Shown here one piece after another: positions 49,795 through 64,000 of a stretch of 64,000 nucleotides of DNA. Origin of the DNA: the human T2T-CHM13v2.0 reference genome, Homo sapiens. The position numbers were made by a program, and so were the translations under genes. The stretch lies in NCBI RefSeq assembly GCF_009914755.1, contig NC_060941.1; one strand, 5' to 3'. Numbering within the stretch: position 1 is the stretch's first letter; each line of letters opens with the position of its first letter. The notes below the pieces were generated by a model. It had not been told where the DNA came from. It searched no databases and saw only the letters and a list, made by a program, of their open reading frames with translations.

Positions 49795-50139
49795 TAAAAT
49801 GAACACAATCTCTTTTGTCTCTTTGGAAGCCCATTTCTATAGTGTCTTTGCCGGGGCCCCAGCAACCTGTCTGGGACTCCTGACCAGACTCACTCGCTCA
49901 GCTCTAGGGGTCGACGAGGCTGGGCCATGAGGAGCAACTGACATGACAGAAACAAGGAGTTTCTCAGGGCCCTGATTGTGTTTGGTTTTTTGCTTTTTGT
50001 TTTTAACCAGAGTCACTGCTCAGCCATCACTTGTGCTGAAGGCTTGAGCTCTGCGTCACCCTTTCCTAAAACGGGGTGATGACCACACTGATGTCGGGAG
50101 CTGTTTCTGGGATTCAGGTTGGCACCCATAGAGCATATG

Positions 50140-50545
50140 CCGCGGTGAACAGTGCTCCCCCAAGATTCATGTCCACACAGAAGCTCCCAATGTGACCTTA
50201 TTCAGAAATAGGGTCTCAGCAGATGTCACCAAGCTAAGATGAGGTCACCCTAGATTTGAGTAGGCCCTATCTAATGACTGGCATCCGTATGAGAAGAAGA
50301 GAGGGCACACAAAGGGACACACCCTGTCCATGTGGCAACAGAGGCAGGGGTCGGAATGATGTGGCCACAAGCCAAGGAATGCCTGCAGCCACTCAAACCG
50401 GAAGAGACCAGGAAGGACCCTCCCCTAGACCTTCCAGAGGGAGCGTGGCTCTGCAGACACCTTGATTTTGGACCTCTGGCTCCAGGACTGTGAGAGAATA
50501 CATTTCTCTTGTTTCAAGCACCCGGTTTGTGGTCCTTTGTCACAG
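50140..50545 (+). mobile_element. MaLR LTR (MLT1B-like)
   Basis: 'ccccaagattcatgtcc...aatgtgaccttattcagaaatagggtct...ccaggactgtgagagaatacatttct'. Confidence 0.85.
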
Positions 50546-53500
50546 CAGCCCCAGGACACTGATACGAGCACGTCCAACGGGGCTGGCAACTCAGTCAGGT
50601 ACACAGTGATGATGACTGTCTATCTGCCCTGTACTGAGCCCTCTGTGCAGAGCTTTACACGCACGGCCTTCCTGAACCCCCACAATGCCCCCACTTCACA
50701 GAGGAGTAAACTGAGGTACAGAGTGGTTCAACACCGTCCAAGGCCACCCCCTGCGGGTCTTGAGTGGAGCTTGGATTCACAGCTGGGTCTCTGACCAAAG
50801 CTCACTTACAGGCCTCACCCAACCAAGCCCGCCAGCCCCTTCTCTGCCTAGACATCATGTGTGAGCCAAACAGCCATGCCACAGTTGCACACCAGAGGGC
50901 TGGGCACGGTGGCATCCCAGTCGAATTCTTTGGCAGCCCCTCCAAGCTCCCAGAGCTGAGGGGCAGCCAGGGAGGGGACCAGTGCTCGGCTGGGCGCCTG
51001 CTTGGCTTCTCCGCCTGACAGTGAGACTGCTGGGGCGAGGCTATGTCCTGTGGCCATTTCTAGACTGACTATGGCCACATGCCAGTTCATGGGGCTCTGA
51101 CCAGCCAGCTGCCCTTCCCGTAACAGCTTCCCTCAGACCCCTGGCATCGGCCACTCTCTGGGTGCAGGCGGAGCAGCTGGTGGTGGCCACCTTGGCTTGG
51201 GCAGGGGGGAGTCTGGGGGAGGGAGGAACGCCACACAGAGCCTGCCAAGTGCTACAGAAACAAGACGAGATTAGTCTGAACGACACACAGAACAGATTGC
51301 AGGGTGTCGGGCAATGGGATGTTTTAAAGAAATAAATCTCAGCTCCCGGTTACAGAAGCACAAACAAACCCAAACAACAGACCTTCAGGAGCTGCTGGCT
51401 TCCCGGCTGCCAGGCTGCGCTGGGCCCGGAGGGGTGGGCGGGGGTTCCTGGAGCATCCTCAGGGGGCGGCGGGCGCTCTCGGGGTATCCCCGGGCGCCCT
51501 GGTTGGCCCACGACCGGGATCAGGGGTTTGATCCTGAAATTTGGGAGGAATGGAGGATGCAGCCCTCCCAGCTCCTGGCCATCCCACCTCCGAGGTCTCT
51601 CTGGGACCCAGTTGTCCCTCCCCTGGGTGGCGGCAGCTCCTGGATATCTGTGCTGCACCTGCCCCTGGTCCCTGCTGCTGCTGGAGTGGCCCCTAAGACA
51701 CGCACGGCCCACCCTCCCCACTCACCCCTTGCCCCCTTCCCTGCTGTCTCTTGCCCTGGACCCTCTCACATGCCCTTCCCTCCACCCCCCGCCTCCTGCT
51801 CCCTTCCTCATCCCCTGCTTTGTGTCCCCGTCTCCTGCTCCAGGCTCTGATTTGCTGGGCAGCTGCTGCGCCCCGGAACAAAGACGGGAAGGGCAAAGTG
51901 TGTCCTGATTCGTGTGCCACCGCTCACTTCTTCGCCCACCTCCAGGAGTTTCTAATCCTCCTCGGGCTTGCCTGGAGGGTTGGGCAGAAAAGGAACGGCA
52001 GGAAACGCAGAAGGGATCCGGAACGAGCAGAGCTTTGTGAGTCCAGGGCGACACCCCCAGGGCCTTCCGTGGGAGCTCCTGCAAGGATGCTTCCCAGCAC
52101 TGGGTCCTGGCCCACCAAGCGCACTGGCTCTAGCTCATTCTCAGAGACTGGACTCTTCCCCGAGAGCCTCATTTCTGTCCTCTGTGCCGTGTAGGAGGAC
52201 AGGGGCCATTACACCAACGATGAACGATAACGCCGTTAATAATTCAGCCGCTGCCGCTGATACTCGGTCGACAAGGAGCCTTTTCCTCCTAAAGGCAGAA
52301 AGCACTTAGATGCCGTTTATTACTGCCTCGCACGCCCTGCGGGGTGGGCTGGCACCTGCCAGGGAAGCCATGTGAGGTGGGGAGCGGCCGCCCCATGGGG
52401 TCTGCTGTCCAAGCACTGGCCAGCTCCAGGTGAACCCTTGTGCCATCGCCCCCATGACAGGGGCCACCCTGAGGGAGTAGAGGGGCCTTGTCTTATCATC
52501 TCGTCTTTCCCCCATTACTTTGGACAGAGAGTTTTTCGGGCCTGTCCTGCTGGGAGGGTGGCTACGTTTCTAGGGTCCACCTTCCATCCTCCCAGGAACA
52601 TTCCGTCCAGACCTGTGCTGTCAGGCATGGAGGCCTCCCGCTGTGACCACCAAACTTCACATTCATTGAAGATAAAGAAAGACCAAAGTCCAGTTGCTTG
52701 GCCACATCTGCTGCATTTCTAGGGCGTGGTGGCCACACACAGTGGGGCACAGGCACAGGACCGCGTGCACTGCAGGACGCTCTGCTGACGGCGCTGGCCC
52801 AGGCACTGGGAGGACCCTGTGAGGAAGCACCCGGGAACGGTGGCGCACGTAGGGAACACCACGCGGCCTTGATAGGAGCTCTCCAGAGAGAAAGCTCAGG
52901 TCCCAGCAGGGGTCACGGAGAAGAAAGTCTCTTCCACCTGCAGGTGGGCTGGGGATTCAGCAGGAGAGAGGAGAACATTCCAGCTGCGGGCAGCAAGGTG
53001 GGAAGCGGCTATGCTTGGGGTGAAGTGCCCAGTGTGTGTGCAGGAAAGGGCAAGAGGAAAGTGGGAGGGCAGGGGGTCCCGGCAGCACCCCCAGGTGGGC
53101 AGCACATTGCTCCTGGCCCTTGCCCACCTGTGGCCGCGCCAACCCGCTTGGACTGAGTCTGACCTGGCAGGAACTGCATGACAGAAACCACAGTAACAAG
53201 TGGCCAAACTCTGAGGCCAGGCCACCCAGCCCATCCCAACACCCAAACACCATCTTGCCTAGGCTGGCCACCCCGGGAACGCATGCCGGGAATGACAAGA
53301 GGACCCAGGGAGAGAGAGAACGAAACACTCACTTCCCCAGGGGGAGGCCCCGCTGGCGGCACGGGACCCAAGGTGGCAGGCCGGCGGCACTGGTGTCACT
53401 GGAAGGACCTCAGTGACCAGCTCGCCCTGGAGGCCTCTTCACTAGTTAGCAGCGTGCAGCGCAGTGGGAGATGCTTAGCGTCCCCAAATGTGCAGGTTCT

Positions 53501-53706
53501 CCCCTTCTGTCTATTTTTATACATTGGTTTTCATTCTAAGCTTAATATAATCACAGAATAACATTTTTGAAAACAGAAAAGTAAAAAAAAAAAAAAAGTG
53601 CTCATAATCACACTAGGCTAACACGTGGGCACACCTTCCTCTCAACCTCTGCCATCCACTGCCGTGGCCACTGACCACAGGCGCTATCCACATTTATATT
53701 CATCAG

Positions 53707-54004
<298 letters not shown>

Positions 54005-54282
54005 TTAAAAACATTTTAAAATTAAAAACAATTTTATTAATCCGTATTATGTAAAATTAAAAATTCAGTTGCACTTGCGCCATTTCAAGGGTTCAAGAGC
54101 TGCATGAAGCCAGTGGCCGCAGTGCGGGACGGCGCAGACCTGGGTTCTGTCTGCCCTGGCAGAAGCTCTGCTGGGCAGCCCTGCCCTGAGAGCCTCATCC
54201 GCACCTCAGGCCTCTTCACAGAGTTTAACTGCAACGGGCAGAATCATAACCCGTTTCCTGCTTTGCGTCTGATTCACTCTAA

Positions 54283-54910
<628 letters not shown>

Positions 54911-54994
54911 ACTTTGGCCTTTCTATCTGTAATTTGGATTCTTTCTTAGGATGAGGTCCAGAGGAGACATTTTCACTTAGGGAGCAGAATCTGG

Positions 54995-55237
54995 TGTTTT
55001 TGTTGTTCTTGTTTTTGTTGTTGTTGTTTTTGTTTTTGACAAGGTCTCACTCTGTCACCCAGGCTTGAGTGCACTGGTGCGATCATGGCTCACTGCAGCC
55101 TCCACCTCCCAGGCTCAAGCAGTCCTCCGGCCTCAGCCTCCGGAGTAGCAGCTTGGATTAAAGGTGTGCACCACCACACCCAGCTAATTTTTTTTTCTTT
55201 TTGGTAGAGACGGGGTCTCGCTATGTTGCCCAGGCTT
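54995..55237 (-). mobile_element. Truncated Alu (AluJ-like)
   Basis: Right arm plus part of the left arm. Confidence 0.85.
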
Positions 55238-55984
55238 GTTTCAGTTCTTTATCCAGGTCACCAATGCACATCCCCGGGGCAGGGTCAGTGGACACGGTAC
55301 CAGCCCCATGGCGCCCCGTTATTCCACACCCTCGCCCAACTGGCCTTTTAGGCTGGACGGTAGCTTCCAGCACAGAAACCAAGGGCAGGATGACCAGTCG
55401 CGCTTGGTGGTCACCCTCCCCAGCACACCCGAGAGCCTTGCTTTCTGACACTGAGGAGGGCACAGGACCAAGATAGCCCAGGGCTCACCCCCGGCTCGGG
55501 GAAGCTCAGGGTCTTGGGGTCTCAGGGCGGGGAGGCAGGACGACGCATTGGCGACAGCAGCTCTCCGTATCACCCCATCCCCCAAGTCAGCCTCGAATAC
55601 TCACTTGGTCAAGGATTTCCAGGCCGTCGCTGGACTGGGGCCTGGGGCCTGGGGCTTCCAAAGGAGACCTCTGGGTTTAGTAGGTGGGCTCACCTTCCAG
55701 CATGCAGACCCCACCTGGCCATACTCTACAGGTAGCACACGAATGTGGGCAGCCCGGGGGATACTGCCATTTCTAACCCCTAAGCTCTTCTGTGAACTAC
55801 TTGCCAAATAACCATATACCTGGGGGACCCTAGGCCCCCGGGGTGGGGTGGGGGAGTTGTCCCTCCTGGCCAATCTCAGCCAGACACGCAGCCTGCACAT
55901 GCAGTTCTTCAGATCCACCACTAGAGGGGACCCTCGAGCCAGCCTACCTGCTCTGCCCTCCGGGGGGACTCAACTCCGGGTTAA

Positions 55985-56980
<996 letters not shown>

Positions 56981-59900
56981 TGAAGCACACGCTTCTGGCG
57001 GGGTGGGGAGAGTCCCATCCACATCCACCTCGTCCCAGCACAAAGCTGCAACTCGCCACGTTCAGCGAGCCTCCCCTGGACCGGGCTGACACAGGCCTGA
57101 GGTGCGAGCCACACCGAGCCCGCGGCCATGTGGCCAAGAGGCATTTTCTGAGCCTTCATCAGGAGCAGGGCCGGGCTGTGGTAAGCACCCCCCAGCACGG
57201 TCTCCGGGTGGGGACGAGTCCCAGGCCAGGCTCGCTGACCCCATACCCCAGGCTGGTGCTCAACCCTCACGCCGACTCTGCCCTACAAGGGGGTTCTTGG
57301 CCGCACTTCACACCCGTGAGGCATCTGCGTTTTGGATGTGGGAGGTAATGGCCACAAGATCACACATAACTCAGGATGATGCCAGGACTGGAAACAGATC
57401 TGTCGGACCCCAAAATTTACTCCTTCACCACCATCTGCCTCCCAGCAGCTGGGGACGGACAGGCGGACAGGGTGTCTCAGTGGGGACTCGAGTGTCAGAG
57501 CAGAGAAGGGGGCCATGGGGAGGGCCCTCCTCAGCCCAGGGTTCGGGGGAATAGAGAAGCCTCCCCCAAAAGCTGACATGAAGGTGCCTCGCCCCAGGAG
57601 CTGAGTCTCAAACATATAAGCTGGCCGGTTAGGAGAGAGGGGAAGGAGGAAGCCTAGGTAGAGGGGATCCCTAGCCAAAGGCATGAGGCAGAGAGAGCCC
57701 CACAAGATCTAGAGGCAGAGAGGACGACGAACTTGGAGGTGTGCACAGTGGGGGGTGGGGAGGCAGGCAGCATCGCTCAGCAGGGCCAGATGGTGATGGG
57801 CCTTGGACCCCGAGTGAAGGAGATGGTGCTTCATCCTGAAAATGATGGGCGGCCCCCGGTGGGTCCCAGGCAGAGGGACAGCCTGGCTTCCAGAGTGAGT
57901 GCACAGCACGCCTGTCCGCTGCCCACTGATGCCAATACATCCCCACCCTCAGTTGTGATAAAAAAAAAAAAAAAGTGTCTCCTGGCATTGCCATACACCC
58001 CCTGGGCACAGACTCGGCCCCGGGTGAGAATCACTGCTCTAGAAGAACCTGGAGGGACCTGGGCATCAGCGTCTAAAGGCTCCCCCAGGAACCCCCACAT
58101 GCAGCCAGGTTGAAGAACCAGCAAGGCGAAGGGCGGGGAAAAGCGAACCGGGGTGCATTCTCACAATACCCCCAGAAAGTGGATATTACCAGCCTCATCT
58201 TACAAACAGGGAAACCGAGGCTCCAAGAAAAGAAAGAATTTCCCAGGTTCACACTAACCAGTGATGCCAGGACTCAACCGGCACTCAACTCCCTAACTCC
58301 TAAACTTGAGCTCCCTACGAGATGGGGCTGCGGGACAGAGAGCTGACCGGCCAGCTTCTGGTTGTGGTTCTGCCACAGAATCCTCAGCCCCAAGACCGTG
58401 GGCCAACCCCACCACCTCTCTGAGACACAACTGGGACCTTCCCCTCGCCTGGGCCCTGGGGATGCAGGGACACGGGGACGCCTGCAGGTTCTGCTGCACT
58501 GTTGGCCTGGCACCACCAGGGGGAGCTCCGACTGAGTCCGGCCTGCGGGACCCAGGCCAGGACCAGAGTTCGGGCCCCGCCTCCCCCACACCTCCTCGGG
58601 TTCCCTGGCGCCTGACGCCACCCAGCTCAGCAAGCCTCCTGGCACCTGGAGTCCTCAGTTACGGCTCACGGCTTCCTTTTATCTGCACTCTCCAATAACT
58701 GAGATGAATGTTATCGGTTCACCCTGGGGCTCTAATGGACTGCATCTTTACTGGAGGGATAAAATCAGGGAAGAACCCGTCCCACAGTCACCCCTGCTGA
58801 GGCCAGCAAAGCCTGTGTCCTTACTTCATGCCCCACCACTCCCCGGCTTAATCGGCCTGGGGTGACCTTTTATGCTGCAGCCCTGGGGCAGACCCAGCTG
58901 GGTTCACATCCCAGCTTGGCCCGGGCACTGGCTGGGAGACCCCTGGCAAGCTGCTGACCTTCTCCGAGCCGCCCTTTCCCCTTCGATAGCAGGGGATAAT
59001 AGGAGGGCCCACCTCACGGGGCGTGGGGCTGTGGAAAGCACACACGTACCATCCATAGCCCACGGTGTCCAGCGCCCAGGCGAGACCCAGACCACCCACG
59101 TCCAGCATGCGCCCGGCTCACACCACGAGCTCAACAGTTAATGACCTGCTCGCTGACTGATGTCGGCTCTTACTGTTGTCTGTGGTCACCACCATTATTT
59201 GCCCAGAAATCTAATGAGCGTAAGGACCACAGCCGGGGCATAGGAAGGGGCTGTGGAAGTCGGATGCAGGCCCCCTGTGCTGGCTCTGGGGCTCCGGGCT
59301 TATGCGACCACACGGGCACTCACCCCAAGGCCATGAGGGCCCTCGTGGCACCATGCAACCCTCCCCACTCAGGAAGGTCTCTTTGGGTTCCAAGGCCCAG
59401 GGAACCCACCGCAGGGCACGGGCCCAACTCTAGCTCCTGCAAGTGTGGCCAGCAAGGAGTCCAGATACTCTGGCTGGACTCCCCAGGGTGCATAGCGGCT
59501 GCCAAGTCGGGTGAATATGGTCAACACTGCCCCGGGACTACATCCATCCTCCACAGCTATGAGAAAGAGGGAGGCTGAAGCCTCCGGGGACCACAGGGGG
59601 CCAGGTCACGTGCCCAGTGGGCTGCAGGGCAGAGCGGGGAGCTGGAGACCAGCACATCTGGGCTTGGGCCAGCCCTGTGCGTGAGCCTAATGATGCCACC
59701 CGGGCCTCTTGGGCACTCGCTTGGGGACTGAAAATCTCCTGCCCCTCCGGTGATGGGAACAGAAGGGACCAGGACTCCCGGGGGCTTAGCCTTGGTCATG
59801 GGCCCATCAGACCTGGTAGGGCCTGTTTAGTCCTAGTGAGTCTCAAGGAGAGAGAAGAATGTGGACACCCCGACGCACCCTTCACAGTCCTCTCAGTGGG

Positions 59901-60097
59901 GTGTAAAGTGGGGACTCCCTGCTGAAGCCCTTGCCTCAGGGAGGGGCTCCTGCCACAGCCACGGCCACAGCCGCGGGCAGGTCGGGCAGATGCCTCCAGC
60001 GCTCACCTGGCATCACAGGTGACGCAGGTGAGTGCTTCCTGCCCAGGTCAGGCCTTGGGGGCCTCCCGAGAGCCCACGCCCAGAACCAGGAACTCAC

Positions 60098-60695
60098 CTG
60101 CTGTCACTTTCCAGAAACACGGAGCCGCGGCTCTCGGCCAGCGCCGCGCTGATGGGCGAGAGGCAGAAGGGCGAGGAGAAGGTGTCTGAGTCTGAGTCAA
60201 AGGAGCTGTCTCTGCTCACGCCCTCGGCTGACAGTTCCAAAGAGCCATCCTCCTCCCCGGCCTCGGGCCGCGGCTCCCGCCCCTCCTCGGTGACATCCTG
60301 CGGACTGACCGTCGACAAGATCCCGGAGGGGCTGCAAGCAGGCTGCGAGGCTGGCTGGGCACCATCCACCCCCAAGCCCTGCGCCAGCTTCTCCTCATCC
60401 TCTGGCGCAGGGCTGGCGAGCATGCGGTCTGGAACACTCTGGGCCACCACCAGGATGTCCTCATCTTTGGGGGTCAGGGTAGGCCGCAGCTCCGTCGGGG
60501 AGGGCTGGTGGGAGGCTCCTGAGCTCCGGGTGCGCCGGCCCCGAGGGCGGGGTGCCTTGCGAACGGGGGAGCTCTCGGGTGTGATGTAGCGCAGGGCCTC
60601 CTCGTCCTGCCTCTGGATGCGAGAGTTGGGGACCCATGCCAGGATGAGGGTGGCTCCCAGCATCTCATCCTTCTCCATGTACAAGCACAGGTAAC
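60098..60695 (-). CDS. TBC1D16: TBC1D16 exon 3 (598 nt)
   Basis: Acceptor cacag|GT TAC completes the phase-1 Gly from exon 2. Open frame YLCLYMEKDEMLGATLILAWVPNS...FLESDS. Donor AG|gtgagt at 60098/60097. Confidence 0.97.
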
Positions 60696-60959
60696 CTGTG
60701 AGGAGCCAGGGGGATGGCACGTTAGAGGCCAGGAGGCTGTGGATGAGGCCCTTGTGGTACCTTTGGCGAGCTGCTCGGAGAGGCCACTGCCCTTTAGTAA
60801 AGTGCCAGTCCGGCCTCAGATACAGCCTGGCCCTGAGCAAAAACACTAGAGGGAAACTGTGGAGCTTGAAATGAATTCCAGCTATGCGTGTTTTTTAAGA
60901 ACACACACTTCCGGCAGATCCAGGGGGCACTGGTCCCCAAGCACCGGCCTGCCATGCGC

Positions 60960-61284
60960 CTTTCTTTTTGGTTTTTGGGTTTGTTTCTTTTTTCTTTGAG
61001 ACAGGGTCTCGCTCTGTGTCTCAAGCTGGAGTGCAGTGGCACAATCTCAGCTTACTGCAACCCCCACCTCCTAGGCTCAAGCAATCCTCCCACCTCAGCT
61101 CCCGAGTAGCTGGGACTACAGGTGCACACCACCACACCCAGCTAATTTTTTTTTTTTTTTTTTTGGTAGAAATAAGGTTTCACTATGTTGCCCAGGCTAG
61201 TCTCAAACTCCTGAGCTCAAGCGAACCGCCCACCTCAGCCTCCCAAAGTGCTAGGATTACAGGCGATGAGCCACGAACTCAGGC
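60960..61284 (-). mobile_element. Alu (AluJ-like)
   Basis: Antisense Alu dimer. Confidence 0.92.
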
Positions 61285-61482
61285 TTGCCATGCACCTTTC
61301 CAAGTACACCAGGGGCTCTCCCTGTGTTCAGAGCCCTGACCCTGGCCCCAGGGCTCACCTGCCTGCAGCCTCCCTGTCTGTGTGAGCCCAGCGGCCCAGG
61401 TGCCCAGCTTCATGGCTTTACAGCACTGTTAGGAGGGATGGAGGCTGGAGACTTCATTCTGTTTCACAAAAAGAATTCATAC

Positions 61483-61780
<298 letters not shown>

Positions 61781-62516
61781 TCATCCAAGCTGGGTGGTAT
61801 TTGGGCCTTTTCCAATCATCAGTGGCACTCATGGCATTTTTTTAATGCAGATTGTTTGAGGAAGGGGCCACCTTTGCAGATGAGCATTGATGTCACACAC
61901 GGGGTTGCTGGTGACATGGGAGGAGGGATTTCTCCTGGGCCAGAGCAAGTGGGTGGGTGCTCAGTTCTGGGGGGAGGTGGCATTTCCTAACCCAGCACCA
62001 CGCAGTTTCAGGATATCCTGATTCCTGGGCCTCCCCCACCCACTCTCCAGGCCTCTACAACTCAGACCCCTAGAATCTCCTAAGCACTGCTCCTGTTGCC
62101 AAAACAGGCTGGGAAATTTGGGGAATGTCAGCCAGCTGGGCATTAGGATAACATGAGCCTGAGGCTGAGAAGTGTTTCCACATCCTTTGAGATCGGCAAG
62201 AGGGTCCGAGGTGGCTACTCCCTGGTCTCTCTCTCTAGAACACCCTCAGGCCAGGCAACCTCCGGGTCGAGGGGCCGCATCGCCCAGAACCTGCACCCCT
62301 TTCTAGGGCACTCCAGGGAAGCCCCTGCCCACACAGCCGCAGCCAACCAGCCGGTGGCTATAAAGATACACTTATCAAGGCAGGGGGACAGAACACTCTC
62401 TTTAAATGTTTCATTGGCATAATTTAAACTTTTGTCTTGTTTAAAAATTTATTTATTCAGTATTCGATTGAAACATAATCTGCATAAAGTGCCCAGATCT
62501 CACTGTAATTTATAAC

Positions 62517-62646
62517 TTTTTTTTTTTTAATAGAGATGAAATCTAACTCTGTTGCCCAGGCTGGTCTCAAACTCCTGGGTTCAAGCAATCCTCCCACCTC
62601 AGCCTCCCAAAGTGCTGGGATTATAGGTGTGAACCACCTCGCCCAG
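62517..62646 (-). mobile_element. Alu monomer (FLAM-like)
   Basis: Single antisense left arm. Confidence 0.82.
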
Positions 62647-63304
62647 ATGACAACTTTACTATTTTGCCATCTTGTCTGGGACTTCTGTCTGTACTCTTGC
62701 CCAAGCCAAGCAAATGTTAGGGTGTGCCGGGGCAGGCCACAGCCAGGCTGCAGGACACTGGGGCCCTGAAACATCCTTTTAGCAGCCAGGGAAGGGGACG
62801 GCAACAGGAAGAAATGAGAAGAGAGAGTCCAGAGACTGCCCTGCAGCCCCACCTCCACCACACACTGGCACTGTGCAGCCGAGAGTCGCTCAGCCTCTCT
62901 GAACACCAGCGTCCTTACCCACCTAAGAGGCCTGCTGGGGCCCTGGCCACTCCCATGAGGTTGTTGTGCAAATTAAATAAAGCAACAGATGAACAAAGCA
63001 ATGCATTTATTTGTTGCAAGTCATTCACACGAATGACAAGGGGCCAGGCAGGCCTGAGGGATCACTAACCCATCTTTTGTCCCTCCCTTTGGAAGCAGCA
63101 GGGCTGAGGGACTCACCCAGCCTGCCATGAGCCAGACTTAACACCCCCCAGACCCTCCTTCCGGGAGGACAGCTGCTGTTAGTTACACGTTCTGGAAGAG
63201 GAACCAAATGCACTCTCACGTGCTGTGGCCCAGGGCCTTTAGAGCCCTGGCTCGGAAAATAACCTGGGCTGTGCGACCCTGGAGCCTCGCCTGCCCTGGC
63301 TCAC

Positions 63305-63485
63305 CTGGGTGGTGCTCCCCCAGCCCCTGCAGCCCCTCCGGCGGGTGCACGCAGACATTGTTCTTGGAGTAGATGATCTCTCCATCCAGGACAGAGGGGG
63401 ACCCGCTGCCGCTGCCACCGGGGGTGAGGGTCAGGAGGTCCGAGGCTTTGGAGGAGGCCCTGCGAAGGAGGCGGCCCAGAGACAT
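63305..63485 (-). CDS. TBC1D16: TBC1D16 first coding exon (exon 2), 181 coding nt; exon begins ~63547 with 62 nt of 5'UTR
   Basis: ATG at 63485 translates MSLGRLLRRASSKASDLLTLTPGG...GEHHP, recognised as the TBC1D16 N-terminus. Donor CAG|gtgag at 63305/63304; polypyrimidine tract plus cag acceptor at 63548. Confidence 0.97.
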
Positions 63486-63514
63486 TGCCGGGCAAGTGTT
63501 TCCATCCTCCGCAT
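63431..63514 (-). other. Overlapping upstream ORF (27 aa, out of frame with the main CDS)
   Basis: ATGs at 63514 and 63505 share a frame; MRRMETLARQCLWAASFAGPPPKPRTS ends at TGA 63433-63431 inside the CDS. Confidence 0.7.
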
Positions 63515-64000
63515 GCGTCGGCCCGGGCAGGGCTCGTCAAGACCTGCCTGGGGGAGGAAGAGAGAGGAGATGGTCAAGGTTGTGGACTTGCGTTCTGTCT
63601 CACAGCAGTACGTGTCGCCTCGGCACCCGGTGGGTTCTGGTTAACCACAGGAGCGTGTCCTGCTGGTGAACAGCTCTGTACAGGGTAGGCCACGTTCTCC
63701 ATCTTGGCCAGGCCACCCTGTCCATCGCAGGAGGCTGAGCAGCGTCCCTCGGCTCAACCTGTGGATGCCACCAGCACCTCCCTTCCCAGTACGAAAACTA
63801 GAACATCTCCAGGCTTTGCCAAATGTGCCCTGGAGGGCAAAATCCCTCCCAAGGAGAACCACTAAGCTACAGAAACCCTGTTCCCACCTTAGCAATTTCA
63901 CAAAAACCTCCACAAAAACGTTTTTTTCACAAAAAAAAACGTTTTCTTTTCTCAGTTTCCCACCTGCATCAGCACAAATGAGCCCTTCTAATTCATTAAA

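Noticed and set aside
60032-60589. 185-aa plus-strand ORF, and similar ones over exons 2 and 4-6
   Set aside because: Antisense shadows of GC-rich coding exons.

Overview
Human (primate) genomic DNA. It carries the 5' half of TBC1D16 (TBC1 domain family member 16, a Rab GTPase-activating protein; chr17q25.3 from recall) on the minus strand. Five coding exons can be assembled with GT-AG junctions and consistent phases: 63485-63305, 60695-60098, 2749-2588, 1528-1381 and 509-342. Together they encode the first 419 residues (MSLGRLLRRASSK...VEEEYKLRK); exon 1 and the TBC-domain exons lie outside the window. Most of the window is one 57.3-kb intron (2750-60097). It has an Alu/L1-dense block (~7-25 kb and 44-50 kb) and GC-rich unique DNA containing AT-rich, homeobox-motif patches that look like enhancers. 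The most notable observations are: (1) an internal promoter and short 'Met-Lys' first exon in intron 5 that would give an N-terminally truncated isoform; (2) a ~430-bp inverted duplication (4706-5130 / 6735-7181) whose best-conserved core is an octamer/homeobox palindrome cluster; (3) an unexplained ~270-bp AT-rich insert in an old L1, closed by a long G-U-containing inverted repeat; (4) an overlapping uORF with a stronger Kozak context than the main ATG; (5) a candidate frameshifting cassette exon. Almost all other ORFs in the track are Alu/L1-derived or GC-rich noise. No prokaryotic-type system (CRISPR, operon) is present. Repeat subfamily calls and boundaries are by eye and approximate.
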